Assembly (NCBI GenBank): GCA_019828565.1
Contig: JAHDYR010000007.1
Location: 791,333 to 855,332 of the forward strand
Length of the DNA: 64,000 bases
Source of the DNA: Carpediemonas membranifera BICM
Lineage: Eukaryota > Protista > Fornicata
Direction: 5' to 3'
Positions 42,377 to 51,479 of this stretch are shown in pieces (the stretch's first letter is position 1; each line of letters starts with the position of its first letter). The notes beneath the pieces are model-generated. The model was not told where the DNA came from, ran no database searches, and saw only the letters and a program-made list of their open reading frames with translations. Both the position numbers and the translations under genes were made by a program.

Positions 42377-43918
42377 TCACTCAATGTGACGCCGCCGGGG
42401 CCGGTTGGGTCTCGCCGACTCAGCGCTCTCCGGCCGTACGCTGTGGCGGCGCTTCTTCTTCTCCTTGTGGCCGCTCTCCACCACTGGGACCTGCACGCCC
42501 ATATACTTATCGAACGGTAAAGTCTGGTCGGCCATATTAACTTCTACCGGCTCTGCAGACCTCATCAACTCAGCTGGAGTCGTCCCGATCGGGTTGTCAG
42601 TCATCATGATCCTGTTCAACGCCATTGGGTCGACCGTCACCGGGCTGAGCTCCTCCAGCGGGTCGTACGACGGCGTCTTTAAGGACCGCGTCGTCATGGG
42701 CCCTGCAGACTTCGGCGTGCGGGCAGACTGACCCCTCGCCGGTCCGCCTATGCCTGGGGTGGGCGTGCCCAAAGTCTCGTAGGGCGAGGCCCCGCGCCGC
42801 TTCCTCAGCGAGGCGGCGCCCATGTTGTTGTTGAACTTCTCGCGGGCGACCTTGCCGATCATATGCCGCGTCTCACTCGCCGCTGTTGCCCTCCACGCGG
42901 GCATCGTTACGCCATGGCTGAACTCCCCAACCCGCCGCCTAATCTGCGCAGTGCTAGGCCGCTGGGGAAGACGCTGGGAATGACCCACAGGCCGCGTCTC
43001 CTTCTCCGGCTTGCCGTGTGGTATGGAGATCTGCACGTTGTCCGCGTGCTGTACCGACGCGGAATCGTATGCAGCCTTGTTCATGTGGGTGATCTCGTGG
43101 TCGGGGCCGCAGTGCTTGAAGGCGAAGCGGTAGCCAGTCAGGTACGCCTTCAATGCCCTAGGAATACGCTCCAAGTGCTCAAGTTCCACCGCCAGGTTGT
43201 GATATGCCACGGCGAGCAGCGCCTCGGTGCAGGGATAGCCCGCGGGTACGGGGGCGGGGTCGGGTCCGTCCATGTCCTCCCTGATGAGGATGATCGCCTC
43301 CTGGGCGTAGCTGAGGGCGTCCTGGTGTCTGTCGAGATGGCTGCAGATCACACACATGTTCAGCATGGTGCCCGCCGGGTTCTCGGCGATATCGATCTTC
43401 TCCTCGATCACCACAGCTTTCTTCAGGGTCTGGAGGGCTTCCTTGAACTGCCCCTGCGCCTTGTATAGCGATGCGTAGTTATTCAGCGTTACTGTGTGAG
43501 CGGTTGGGTCGAAAAGTGAGGACATACTTGCACGCAGCTTGAGCCGCTCCTTCTCGGCGCTCAAAAAGCCGCGTGGACTCTCGAGTACGAGTGCCTGCTT
43601 CAGTAGATGCTCTGATTCGGACAATTTGCCCTCTCTGATCAGTGAGAGAGAGTGGCGATTGATGAGCAGGATGCACTGGCAGGCTAGGCGCCATGCCTCA
43701 AGGCTGGAGAAGCCGTAGATGTGCTCTCGTAACTTAACAGCCTCGAGTAGCAGCACGATTGCTTCTGATTCCTTCCCGCCTTGATCAAGGAGGGTAACTG
43801 TCGTCTCTTCTACCCGTTTGAGATACTCCAGGCTCGATTCTTTCCCACTTCCACCACTTGTTCGGCTAACGGGCTGCGTCTGACCAGAGATATGAGACAA
43901 AGGAAGGTCGTCAGCCAT
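42377..43918 (-). CDS. TPR-repeat protein (kinesin-light-chain-type repeats), 2 exons
   Basis: TLNNYASLYKAQG..EA and AYHNLA; in-frame intron at 43492-43527. Confidence 0.82.
   Translation of the reverse strand: MADDLPLSHISGQTQPVSRTSGGSGKESSLEYLKRVEETTVTLLDQGGKESEAIVLLLEAVKLREHIYGFSSLEAWRLACQCILLINRHSLSLIREGKLSESEHLLKQALVLESPRGFLSAEKERLKLRASMSSLFDPTAHTVTLNNYASLYKAQGQFKEALQTLKKAVVIEEKIDIAENPAGTMLNMCVICSHLDRHQDALSYAQEAIILIREDMDGPDPAPVPAGYPCTEALLAVAYHNLAVELEHLERIPRALKAYLTGYRFAFKHCGPDHEITHMNKAAYDSASVQHADNVQISIPHGKPEKETRPVGHSQRLPQRPSTAQIRRRVGEFSHGVTMPAWRATAASETRHMIGKVAREKFNNNMGAASLRKRRGASPYETLGTPTPGIGGPARGQSARTPKSAGPMTTRSLKTPSYDPLEELSPVTVDPMALNRIMMTDNPIGTTPAELMRSAEPVEVNMADQTLPFDKYMGVQVPVVESGHKEKKKRRHSVRPESAESARPNRPRRRHIE
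43492..43527 (-). other. Spliceosomal intron, 36 nt, in frame and stop-free
   Basis: GTATGT...GCTCACACAG matches the consensus; removal gives the TPR helix LRAITLNNYA. Confidence 0.8.
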
Positions 43919-44094
43919 TTCGTCAGCCTGGAAATTGTTGTCCCTTAAGGTGCGAAAATGTGTATGTCGTGTCAAGATGAGGCCCCCACGTAACTAGGGC
44001 AGTAATCTAAAGGCGAGATGCGCTCTGATACAGGAGAGCTGGTCGACCATTTTCCTCGATCAGCTTTCGTCGCGAAAGAACGAAGCTTGAACGA

Positions 44095-44380
44095 ATGCTT
44101 GCCGATCGACTTTTTGGCCTGGCCCTCATTGCATGGGGCGTTGGCTTTATGACATTCTACCTCTTTTGGGTTCTTATCACCGTTTGTGGCCCCCTTTCCG
44201 CCTACACAGCCCTTCATCCCAGCGAACACGCCTTTCATTGCTCTATTCCCCGATGCCAAGTACGCAAACTATCTTGTTGCCACTGTCGGTGGCTGCGGCT
44301 TCATATTCATTGCCCTCTACGTCCTCCGCACGAAGATGAAGGAGGCCAAGAAGAAGAACGCCGCCAAGAAGGCCGAGTAG
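44095..44380 (+). CDS. DPM2: Dolichol-phosphate mannose synthase subunit DPM2, 2 exons
   Basis: DRLFG...FYLFWVLIT|PFI...LFP..YA, two TM helices. Confidence 0.82.
44182..44209 (+). other. Spliceosomal intron, 28 nt
   Basis: GTTTGT...GCCTACACAG; joins the two DPM2 halves. Confidence 0.9.
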
Positions 44381-44452
44381 GCGTTCCATGGCTATATGTA
44401 ATCTACCACACACATAAACAGGCGCCTCTAAGTTATACTTTACACGACGCAT

Positions 44453-45778
44453 CTAGCAACCACAGAAGAGCCTCCGAAGCAACGGCTTCTTTTGCACCTT
44501 CTTCTCGAGCGGCTTCTTCGCCCCCTTCTTCTCCTCCACGGGCGCCTGGAGGTCAGGAGCAGGGATAGACACCTCTACCGCCTCAACCTCAACGCCAATC
44601 TCCTCCTTTCTCTCGGCTTCGACGGCAAGGTCGTCGCACTCAGACTTGGGGGCCTCCATGTCGGGAAGCTCGGGCTCGGCAGGGGCAGCGGGCTCGTGGG
44701 TCCGGTGGATGGCGTGTGGGCTGCGGACGCGGCGGAAGGCGGTGACGGGCTGGAGAGTGTCGAGCTGGGGCTCGGCGGGCTCTTCCACAGCGGGCTCTTC
44801 CTCGGCATGCTCTTCTTCGGTGGGCTTGGTCTCCGCCTCGGGCGTGGCCTCGGGCCCCTCCATCTCCACGACCTCCTGAACTTCGGGCTCGGGCTCCACG
44901 GCCACCTCCGGGGCAGGCTCTTCAGTCCTCTCCTCATCGGAGCTAGACATCTCAGCGTCCTCTTCGGTGCGGAGGGGCGAGGGCTGCTTGGTGTCCTCCC
45001 GTTCGTCCTCAGATGCAACCAGGGGAGGCGCCTGGCCCTCGACTGTCGTGTCGGCCTCAGCTTCAGGCTCGACCTCAGGCTCGACCTCAGGCTCAACTTC
45101 AGGTTCGGGCTCAACGACATCAACCTCCGCCTCGGGCTCAGGCTCTGCAACAAGAGGCTCGGCCACCTCAGCAGTGCTTTCCACGGCCGCCTCGAGGGTA
45201 GACATGAGTTCGTTCACGTCAGCCTCGACGTGCTCGTCGTCGGACAGCTCAGGCTCGGCCTCGTACTCAACCTCAAGCGGCTGCTCGTGCTCGTCCTCCT
45301 CGGTAGGCTCCGCGACCAAAGGCGAGGCCTCGGCAGCGGCCTCAGGGGCGGGCTCGAGAAGGGAGATCGCCTCAGATACGTCGGCGGCCTTCTCTTCAGG
45401 CAGCTGAGCCTCCTCGGGCTCGGGCTCGGCCACAAGAGCCTCGGGCTCGGGAGACACATCATGCTCCTCGGCGGGCTCACCGCGGTGGGAGCTACTGCGG
45501 CTGTGCTCGCCGATATGCGTCTCGGAGGGGATTACGACAGTAGGCTTGTTGCTGTGCGGCTCGCCATCACCAGTGAGCGTAACTTCCACAGGAACAGCGC
45601 GTGGCGTCTTGTACTCGTTTTCATCCTTCTTTTCATCCTCTGTGAACTCCTCGTCGGTGTCGTAGTAGCTATCGTACGTCGAATCGTAGGAAGTGTCGTA
45701 CGAGTAGAGATCATTCGTGTCGGAATGTCCAGGAGAGTACGTCCCGTCGCTCGTATCAATCTTCTCTTCCATAAGCAT
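44453..45778 (-). CDS. Acidic low-complexity protein with basic tail ending FCGC
   Basis: E/P/A-rich; EPEV 12-bp tandem repeats at ~45063-45110; TGTAAA after the stop. Confidence 0.78.
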   Translation of the reverse strand: MLMEEKIDTSDGTYSPGHSDTNDLYSYDTSYDSTYDSYYDTDEEFTEDEKKDENEYKTPRAVPVEVTLTGDGEPHSNKPTVVIPSETHIGEHSRSSSHRGEPAEEHDVSPEPEALVAEPEPEEAQLPEEKAADVSEAISLLEPAPEAAAEASPLVAEPTEEDEHEQPLEVEYEAEPELSDDEHVEADVNELMSTLEAAVESTAEVAEPLVAEPEPEAEVDVVEPEPEVEPEVEPEVEPEAEADTTVEGQAPPLVASEDEREDTKQPSPLRTEEDAEMSSSDEERTEEPAPEVAVEPEPEVQEVVEMEGPEATPEAETKPTEEEHAEEEPAVEEPAEPQLDTLQPVTAFRRVRSPHAIHRTHEPAAPAEPELPDMEAPKSECDDLAVEAERKEEIGVEVEAVEVSIPAPDLQAPVEEKKGAKKPLEKKVQKKPLLRRLFCGC

Positions 45779-46121
45779 TTGTCGCTGAGAAATTCAACGA
45801 TCCGGGTGCAGTTTATGCCACGTGTGTTGGATCGGTGCAAACGTGTCTGGCATGCCAGTGGCTTGTCTTGTCACGCTCTCATGGTGCCTGGCCTCCGTTG
45901 GGCCGGGCCCGTCTTGATGGACAAACCGGGTGGATTGCACGCGATCAGTACGATCAGCTGACGCACAGTCATATCAGCGCGCAACACCAGCTGGCAGCCG
46001 ACAAAGGTGTGAGACTATTCTGTCCAACCATGCCGCGGCACAAGATCCGACCGCTGGCAGAGTCACAACCGAGTCGAGCAAGCAAATACCGAAGAGCAAC
46101 AACATCATGCGCCGGCTATGT

Positions 46122-47246
46122 TTATATCTGGCCATTCTGGACCATATCTTCGACCGTTTCCTTGACACACGCGAGAGTATCCCGCATACACTTGTCAACG
46201 TCGTATCGCGATGTCAGGGAAACTACACCGGGGCCCTCCATGCACTTGTCACAACACCCGCACAGCACGAGACACGCGACACCATGCGCCTTACACGACG
46301 CCTGCACGGCAGATACGACTTTGCCATTTGCGGTCTGGGAGTCGTACTTTCCCTCTCCCGTGATGACCAGAGTCGACTCCCGCACGTGGTCGTCGAGGTG
46401 CAGCAGGGTGTTCAGGGCCCGGCTGCCAGGCTCAATGGCCCCATGGAGGGCGAGGACGGCAGCCCCCAGACCACCGGCGGCCCCAGCCCCTGGGAACTCG
46501 GAGATTGCGGCGGATGTGCCGTAAAGTGCACCGATTTGGGCGATTGCAGCGTCCATTCTCGCCAGGTCGCGGACCCCCTTCTGCGGTCCATAAATGTGGG
46601 TCGCCCCGTTCGGTCCTGCGAGGGGGTTGGAGACGTCGCACACGGCGATCAACTCGACACCCCTGACGGCATCAATCGCCGGGGTGAGGTCGACTGCCGT
46701 GACTGAGGGCGCGTCGCCCGTCGTCACTGGTGAGGGGAGCTCGCCGTCCGCGCTGGATATGACCGCGCCTAAAGCCTGCAACATGCCCAGACCGGCGTCG
46801 TTGGTGGCGCTCCCTCCCAGACCGATGTGGATGCGGGACGGATGCTCGGCGGCGATAACGAAACGAATGAGCTCGCCAAGGCCAAATGTGGTGGTTCGCA
46901 TAGGGTCGAGATCCTTGCATAGGATGATTCCGGCTACTGAGGCCATCTCCAGGAAGACTGTCGTGGCGCCTGCCTCGGAAACCACGGCGTATGGAGCTTC
47001 GGCGGTTATTCCGGGAAAGGGGCCCGTGACAGTGACTGTGCGAGCTTCTGCTGATTGGATAGCGCATAAAACTGCTTCAAGAAACCCATCACCACCGTCG
47101 CTGATGGGGAGGCTTATAGTTTTCCAGTGGTGGTGCTCGAGGACATCGCTGATGGTCTTGACAAGCTCCAATGAAGTCGCAGAACCCTTGAAAGAATCTG
47201 TGCACAGCAAAGCTGTTCCATGCTTGCTTTGGTCATCGCAAACCAT
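46122..47246 (-). CDS. glxK: Glycerate kinase, type I (GlxK/GarK family)
   Basis: DSFKGS, SDGGDG, GGSATNDAG, GAGAAGGLG, ITGEG, GKV. Confidence 0.92.
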   Translation of the reverse strand: MVCDDQSKHGTALLCTDSFKGSATSLELVKTISDVLEHHHWKTISLPISDGGDGFLEAVLCAIQSAEARTVTVTGPFPGITAEAPYAVVSEAGATTVFLEMASVAGIILCKDLDPMRTTTFGLGELIRFVIAAEHPSRIHIGLGGSATNDAGLGMLQALGAVISSADGELPSPVTTGDAPSVTAVDLTPAIDAVRGVELIAVCDVSNPLAGPNGATHIYGPQKGVRDLARMDAAIAQIGALYGTSAAISEFPGAGAAGGLGAAVLALHGAIEPGSRALNTLLHLDDHVRESTLVITGEGKYDSQTANGKVVSAVQASCKAHGVACLVLCGCCDKCMEGPGVVSLTSRYDVDKCMRDTLACVKETVEDMVQNGQI

Positions 47247-47910
47247 GATTGATGATAGTTTTGCCAGAAAAGACCACCGCTCTCGACTCGCGGCGACTAC
47301 CTCAGAGATGGGCACGGGAAGCTCATCGACCACATGAGAGAGATGGCCAGGAACCGTCGCAAGATCTGGTCTCCCACAGCCCTGAACCAGCGCATCGCCA
47401 TTGCCATCATCAGGGGCAACTACGAAGTTTATCGTCGTTTCGCCAGCGTTAGTGGCAGCTCCGCCCCCGGCCTGGTGGCTGGCTGGCGTTTGACAGACTT
47501 GGACCGGTGCGAACCGGTACATTGAGAGGTATGTATACGTGTAAATCGAAAAGGACAGCGGCGAACCCAGTTGCCGGCGCATAGAGGGTAGTAGTTTATG
47601 TGCATTCAGCTTATATAGTCTTCCATGACCCTTCTCTTGGGGGATTTTCGTAAATTCACGGTCTAGTTCATCACAAGTTACACCTCTCCACTCTCCTTTG
47701 CCTGCCCGAGCAAGCCGTCAGATTGGTTACTGATTAATTATGTCGAGTTGGGTTCACCGCCCATGGGGGGGGGGTACCCGGCCTAAGTACACATTGAATA
47801 CATCGCACAGGTAATGATAACTGCCCTGTGTCAATTCCAATGCCAATGGCGGGGTAGGGGACTGGCCCGACTCCCACCAGACTCAGTTTACAATGTACAC
47901 AGCGTGCTCC

Positions 47911-50900
47911 TCAGCCTTCAACCTGCATGGCCTTCAGCGCGGCCTGGACAGCGTCCGGGCCTGCCTTGCCCGGCTGGGTCCTGGGGCGAGTGGGCGTACC
48001 CACCTCGAAGTCGAGCGGGCCGCACTGGTCGGGGTGGTCGAGCAGGTCGACGCTGCGCTCGTGGCCCTTGGCCTGGGCAATCTCCCTGGGCAGCTTGCCG
48101 GCCTCGCCTGGCAGGGCGGTGTCGGCTCCCGCGGCGATGAGCATGTCGAGGATGTCGGCGAAGCCCCCCTCTGCTGCGGCGAAGGCGGCAGTCGACCCGT
48201 TCTTGCGGCGGGCGTTGATGTCGCCCCCGGCCTGCAGCAGCAGGCGGACTGCGTCGGGCTTGTTCTCTTCAGCCGCGCACATGAGAGCTGTGCGGCCGTC
48301 AAGAGTGGTCAGGTCGGGGTCAGCGCCGGCCTCAATGAGGAGTTCAGCGCAGCTGGTGTGGCCGTTGATGATGGCTGCCATGAGGGCGGTGTCACCAATC
48401 TTTGCCTGTTGGTCGAGGTCGGCCTGCTTCTCGATCAGAAGCGCAATGGTCTCCGCGTGGCCCCCGAATGCTCCTTCAATGAGCGGGGTCCGGTCATCGT
48501 TTGCTCGAAGGTTGATGTCCGCGCCACGGTCGAGGAGGAGTCGGGCGCAGGCGGTGTGGCCAGAGGCAGAGGCTGCGTGCAATGGAGAGTAGCCTTTGTT
48601 GTCGGCCACGTCGACCATGCTAGGATTGGCGTCCAGCAGCAGCTTGGCGATATCGGTGAACCCCTTACCAGCCGCGATATACAGGGCGCTGCACAGGGCG
48701 CTACAGCCGTCAATGAGGGGCTTGGTGGTGTCAGCGCCGGCCTCAATGAGGAGTTCAGCGCAGCTGGTGTGGCCGTTGATGATGGCTGCCATGAGGGCGG
48801 TGTCACCAATCTTTGCCTGTTGGTCGAGGTCGGCCTGCTTCTCGATCAGAAGCGCAATGGTCTCCGCGTGACCCTTGATTGCTGCGGCGATGAGCGGGGT
48901 CCGGCCATAGTTTGCTCGATGGTTGACGTCTGCGCCACGGTCGAGGAGGAGTCGGGCGCAGGCGGTGTGGCCAGAGGCAGAGGCTGCGTGCAATGGAGAG
49001 TAGCCTTTGTTGTCGGCCACGTCGACCATGCTAGGATTGGCGTCCAGCAGCAGCTTGACGATATCAAGCTGGCCATACTGTGCTGCAATGAAGAGAGGGC
49101 TCGCGCCGTTGTTTCGCGTCTTGGCGCAGTCGGCCTTGGCGTTGACAAGCGCCTGGGCGATCTTGGTGTGACCCTTCATGACTGCGATCAGGAGTGGCGT
49201 GTCACCCTCATCGTCGAAGATCTCGAGGTCGACCTTGGCTGCGATCAGCTTCTTGACAGCCTCCAGGTCGCCCGCGAGGCAGGCCTCGGCGAGAGAGATC
49301 GCCTTCTCCAGCGAGACGCCCTCGGTGCTGGCGTCTGGCTGAGTGTCGGCGTCGGGTTGGCTATCGCGCTGGGGCTTCTCGGCATCCTTCGCTTCAGTGT
49401 TCACCTCCTTGCTGCGGAGCTGCTTGGTCATCGCGAAGCTGATCGTCTTGATCACGTTCTTCTCGATCGTGAACACGATCTTCTGGACCGTCTTCGAGTC
49501 AGACAACGGCGTCCTCGACAAGAGCTTGGACAGCTTGGATGTCCCACCTGTGGCGACCGCAGGGCCGTCCCCGACATCCAACGAACCCAGCTGCTTCAGG
49601 ACCATGTCGACGTCGCCTCCGTGCCCTCCGTACTCGTGGTCGTCGTCCGAGTCGTCGCGCTGGTAGATTCTGATTTCGATGGTCTCGGGCTCGGCCTCGC
49701 AGTAGCGCTTGCTCTCTAGGTTCTCTGCGCGGTCGTCCCTCCGCCTCTGGGTCGTCCCCTGGTGCGGCGGAATGTGCACAAGCGGCTCGGGCGCGCTGAG
49801 GGCGTCGTCTAGGGCTGCCTTCCTTTCGGCCAGCAATACATCAAGCATTTCATTCTCGGCCGCGAGGACCTCGCTCTCGGCAGCACGCGTCCTGCGCCCA
49901 CTGCGACTCTTCCGCTGGCGAACAGCGGCAGCCTTCTGGCTGCGGGCTTGGCTCGCTTGACGCTCGACGGCATGCTGCACTTCATCGCCAGTCAGCTCAA
50001 TGCCCGGCTCGGGGCGACCGAGCATGGCGAGCGCCGCGTCGTACTCGTCGATCTGCCCGCGGAGCCGCCGGTTGGTCATCCGAAGATCGAGGTGGGTTTC
50101 CTTCTGCTCGGCTGCAGATCCTCCGTGCGGCGCCGTCTGGGTGGTCGGGACCTCGACGGGCTCGGGAACAGTGATCTCGTCGGGCTGGGCAATGGCCTCG
50201 GTGCCCAGGGCCTGCCTGATAGCAACCCGGGCGGCAGCGAGGGTCTGCTCGGCGGCAGCGGACTCGGACCGCATGTTCGTGGTCTCCGCGGTCAGTATTG
50301 CAGCCTTAAACTGCTTCTTAATCAAAGAGTTCTTCCGAGATGTCTCCCGAAGACCCGGCTCAGTGATTTTGAAGTCAGCTTGGGCTGGAAGAGATATCAT
50401 CGAGAGGTCAATCGCCACAGGATTGGGCAGACGATGACCCAGCGCCGCCTGGATCTCTCGGCACCCCTCAAGCCGGCCCAGCTGCTCGGCGCACTCCTTC
50501 ATGAGGGATTTCTTCTCACTCATCAGGTCTTTGATGCCCTTGGCTCGTGCTCCCTTGGGCACCTTGGGCTTCGCGGGGTGAGGGTCCGCGGGAGTGGTGC
50601 CTTTAGCGCCTTTGGGCTGACGAACATCCCGTGCTTCGCCCAACGGGATGGGCTCGAAAGCGTCGAAGACGTCTCCGAACTGGAAGTGATTGAGATAGGC
50701 CTGGCCAGCAGGGTCGAAGTCGGTGCCAGGCATGGCTTGAGCGTTGTGGTCTGCCTGCCGTCTGGCCTCATCCAGGTCATAATGGGTGTCTAGGTTGACG
50801 TGGGGCACGCCATGCCTAGCTGGTGGCTGGGCGGGAGCGTCGTCAAGCAGGCCGAGGTCCACGATGGGAAACTGTTGCTGCTCGGGGATGATTCTTAGCA

Positions 50901-51066
50901 CTTGATTGTCGTGTGGATCAGCTTTGACGCCGATATTCGTGTCTACTTGCGCGTTCTGCGCTGCGTTGCCGTGTTCTTGGTGGTTTTCTTTCACAGCAGG
51001 GCCGGGGAGGAGCAGTGGAAGCTCTTGTCCTTGTAGGAATGGATTTCTGTCACCTAGACCGTTCAT
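47911..51066 (-). CDS. Ankyrin-repeat protein with a long N-terminal coiled-coil/unknown region
   Basis: About 12 GxTPLxxA-type repeats in the C-terminal ~45%; first ATG at 51066. Confidence 0.88.
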   Translation of the reverse strand: MNGLGDRNPFLQGQELPLLLPGPAVKENHQEHGNAAQNAQVDTNIGVKADPHDNQVLRIIPEQQQFPIVDLGLLDDAPAQPPARHGVPHVNLDTHYDLDEARRQADHNAQAMPGTDFDPAGQAYLNHFQFGDVFDAFEPIPLGEARDVRQPKGAKGTTPADPHPAKPKVPKGARAKGIKDLMSEKKSLMKECAEQLGRLEGCREIQAALGHRLPNPVAIDLSMISLPAQADFKITEPGLRETSRKNSLIKKQFKAAILTAETTNMRSESAAAEQTLAAARVAIRQALGTEAIAQPDEITVPEPVEVPTTQTAPHGGSAAEQKETHLDLRMTNRRLRGQIDEYDAALAMLGRPEPGIELTGDEVQHAVERQASQARSQKAAAVRQRKSRSGRRTRAAESEVLAAENEMLDVLLAERKAALDDALSAPEPLVHIPPHQGTTQRRRDDRAENLESKRYCEAEPETIEIRIYQRDDSDDDHEYGGHGGDVDMVLKQLGSLDVGDGPAVATGGTSKLSKLLSRTPLSDSKTVQKIVFTIEKNVIKTISFAMTKQLRSKEVNTEAKDAEKPQRDSQPDADTQPDASTEGVSLEKAISLAEACLAGDLEAVKKLIAAKVDLEIFDDEGDTPLLIAVMKGHTKIAQALVNAKADCAKTRNNGASPLFIAAQYGQLDIVKLLLDANPSMVDVADNKGYSPLHAASASGHTACARLLLDRGADVNHRANYGRTPLIAAAIKGHAETIALLIEKQADLDQQAKIGDTALMAAIINGHTSCAELLIEAGADTTKPLIDGCSALCSALYIAAGKGFTDIAKLLLDANPSMVDVADNKGYSPLHAASASGHTACARLLLDRGADINLRANDDRTPLIEGAFGGHAETIALLIEKQADLDQQAKIGDTALMAAIINGHTSCAELLIEAGADPDLTTLDGRTALMCAAEENKPDAVRLLLQAGGDINARRKNGSTAAFAAAEGGFADILDMLIAAGADTALPGEAGKLPREIAQAKGHERSVDLLDHPDQCGPLDFEVGTPTRPRTQPGKAGPDAVQAALKAMQVEG
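48319..49065. repeat. Intragenic tandem duplication, 411-bp period (48319-48654 vs 48730-49065)
   Basis: Long blocks identical at nucleotide level at offset 411. Confidence 0.93.
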
Positions 51067-51279
51067 GATTCCTCTGTGAGCGAGAAAGGCCCGATTGTTG
51101 CTGGCAGCGTCGCTGACCAGAATTGTGGGCAGATACGTGAGCCGCGATAACACCGTAAATCAGCCTCGCGCCCGTCGGCCACGTCAGAAGAAATGCGCAA
51201 CGTCCCATGATCGTCTTTCAGCACCGTACCTGCGCTGGGCGCGCCCCTGCGGCCTTTGATTGCTGCGATGGGAACTGTG

Positions 51280-51396
51280 ACAATTATCGTAAAGTTTCAT
51301 TCGAGCCAGTCTGAAGACCACAGGATGCTGCTATGCCCAGATGACTTGCTAACCACCGCGTGCGGTCGGATGGTGGCCTGTAGAGGGCAGTCTGCC
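51280..51396. repeat. 117-bp intergenic segment with an inverted copy at 58735-58851
   Basis: Reverse-complement match with 5 substitutions. Confidence 0.92.
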
Positions 51397-51479
51397 AAAC
51401 AGCTTTGTCGCGATCATGCACCTCTTATCCGGCTTGCATTTATCGCACACCAGCACCATTCAGCTCATCCAGCCCGCCC

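Noticed and set aside
47334-47558. 63-aa ORF followed by TGTAAA, and a GTATGT...ACAG intron-like stretch at 47529-47558
   Set aside because: Too short to support; the intron-like stretch lacks the branch motif and joins no exons.
47247-47582. N-terminal extension of glycerate kinase in the ORF track (likewise for ADH, Med6, Vps25, HAD, Clf1, Arl)
   Set aside because: Family similarity begins at downstream ATGs; the extensions run through promoter-like sequence or use non-ATG starts.
47893-49719. 608-aa plus-strand ORF, and similar long antisense ORFs (44492-45961, 53713-54816, 57423-58520, 17941-18900, 4375-5454)
   Set aside because: Shadows of real genes on the opposite strand caused by high GC3 codon bias; no recognisable motifs.
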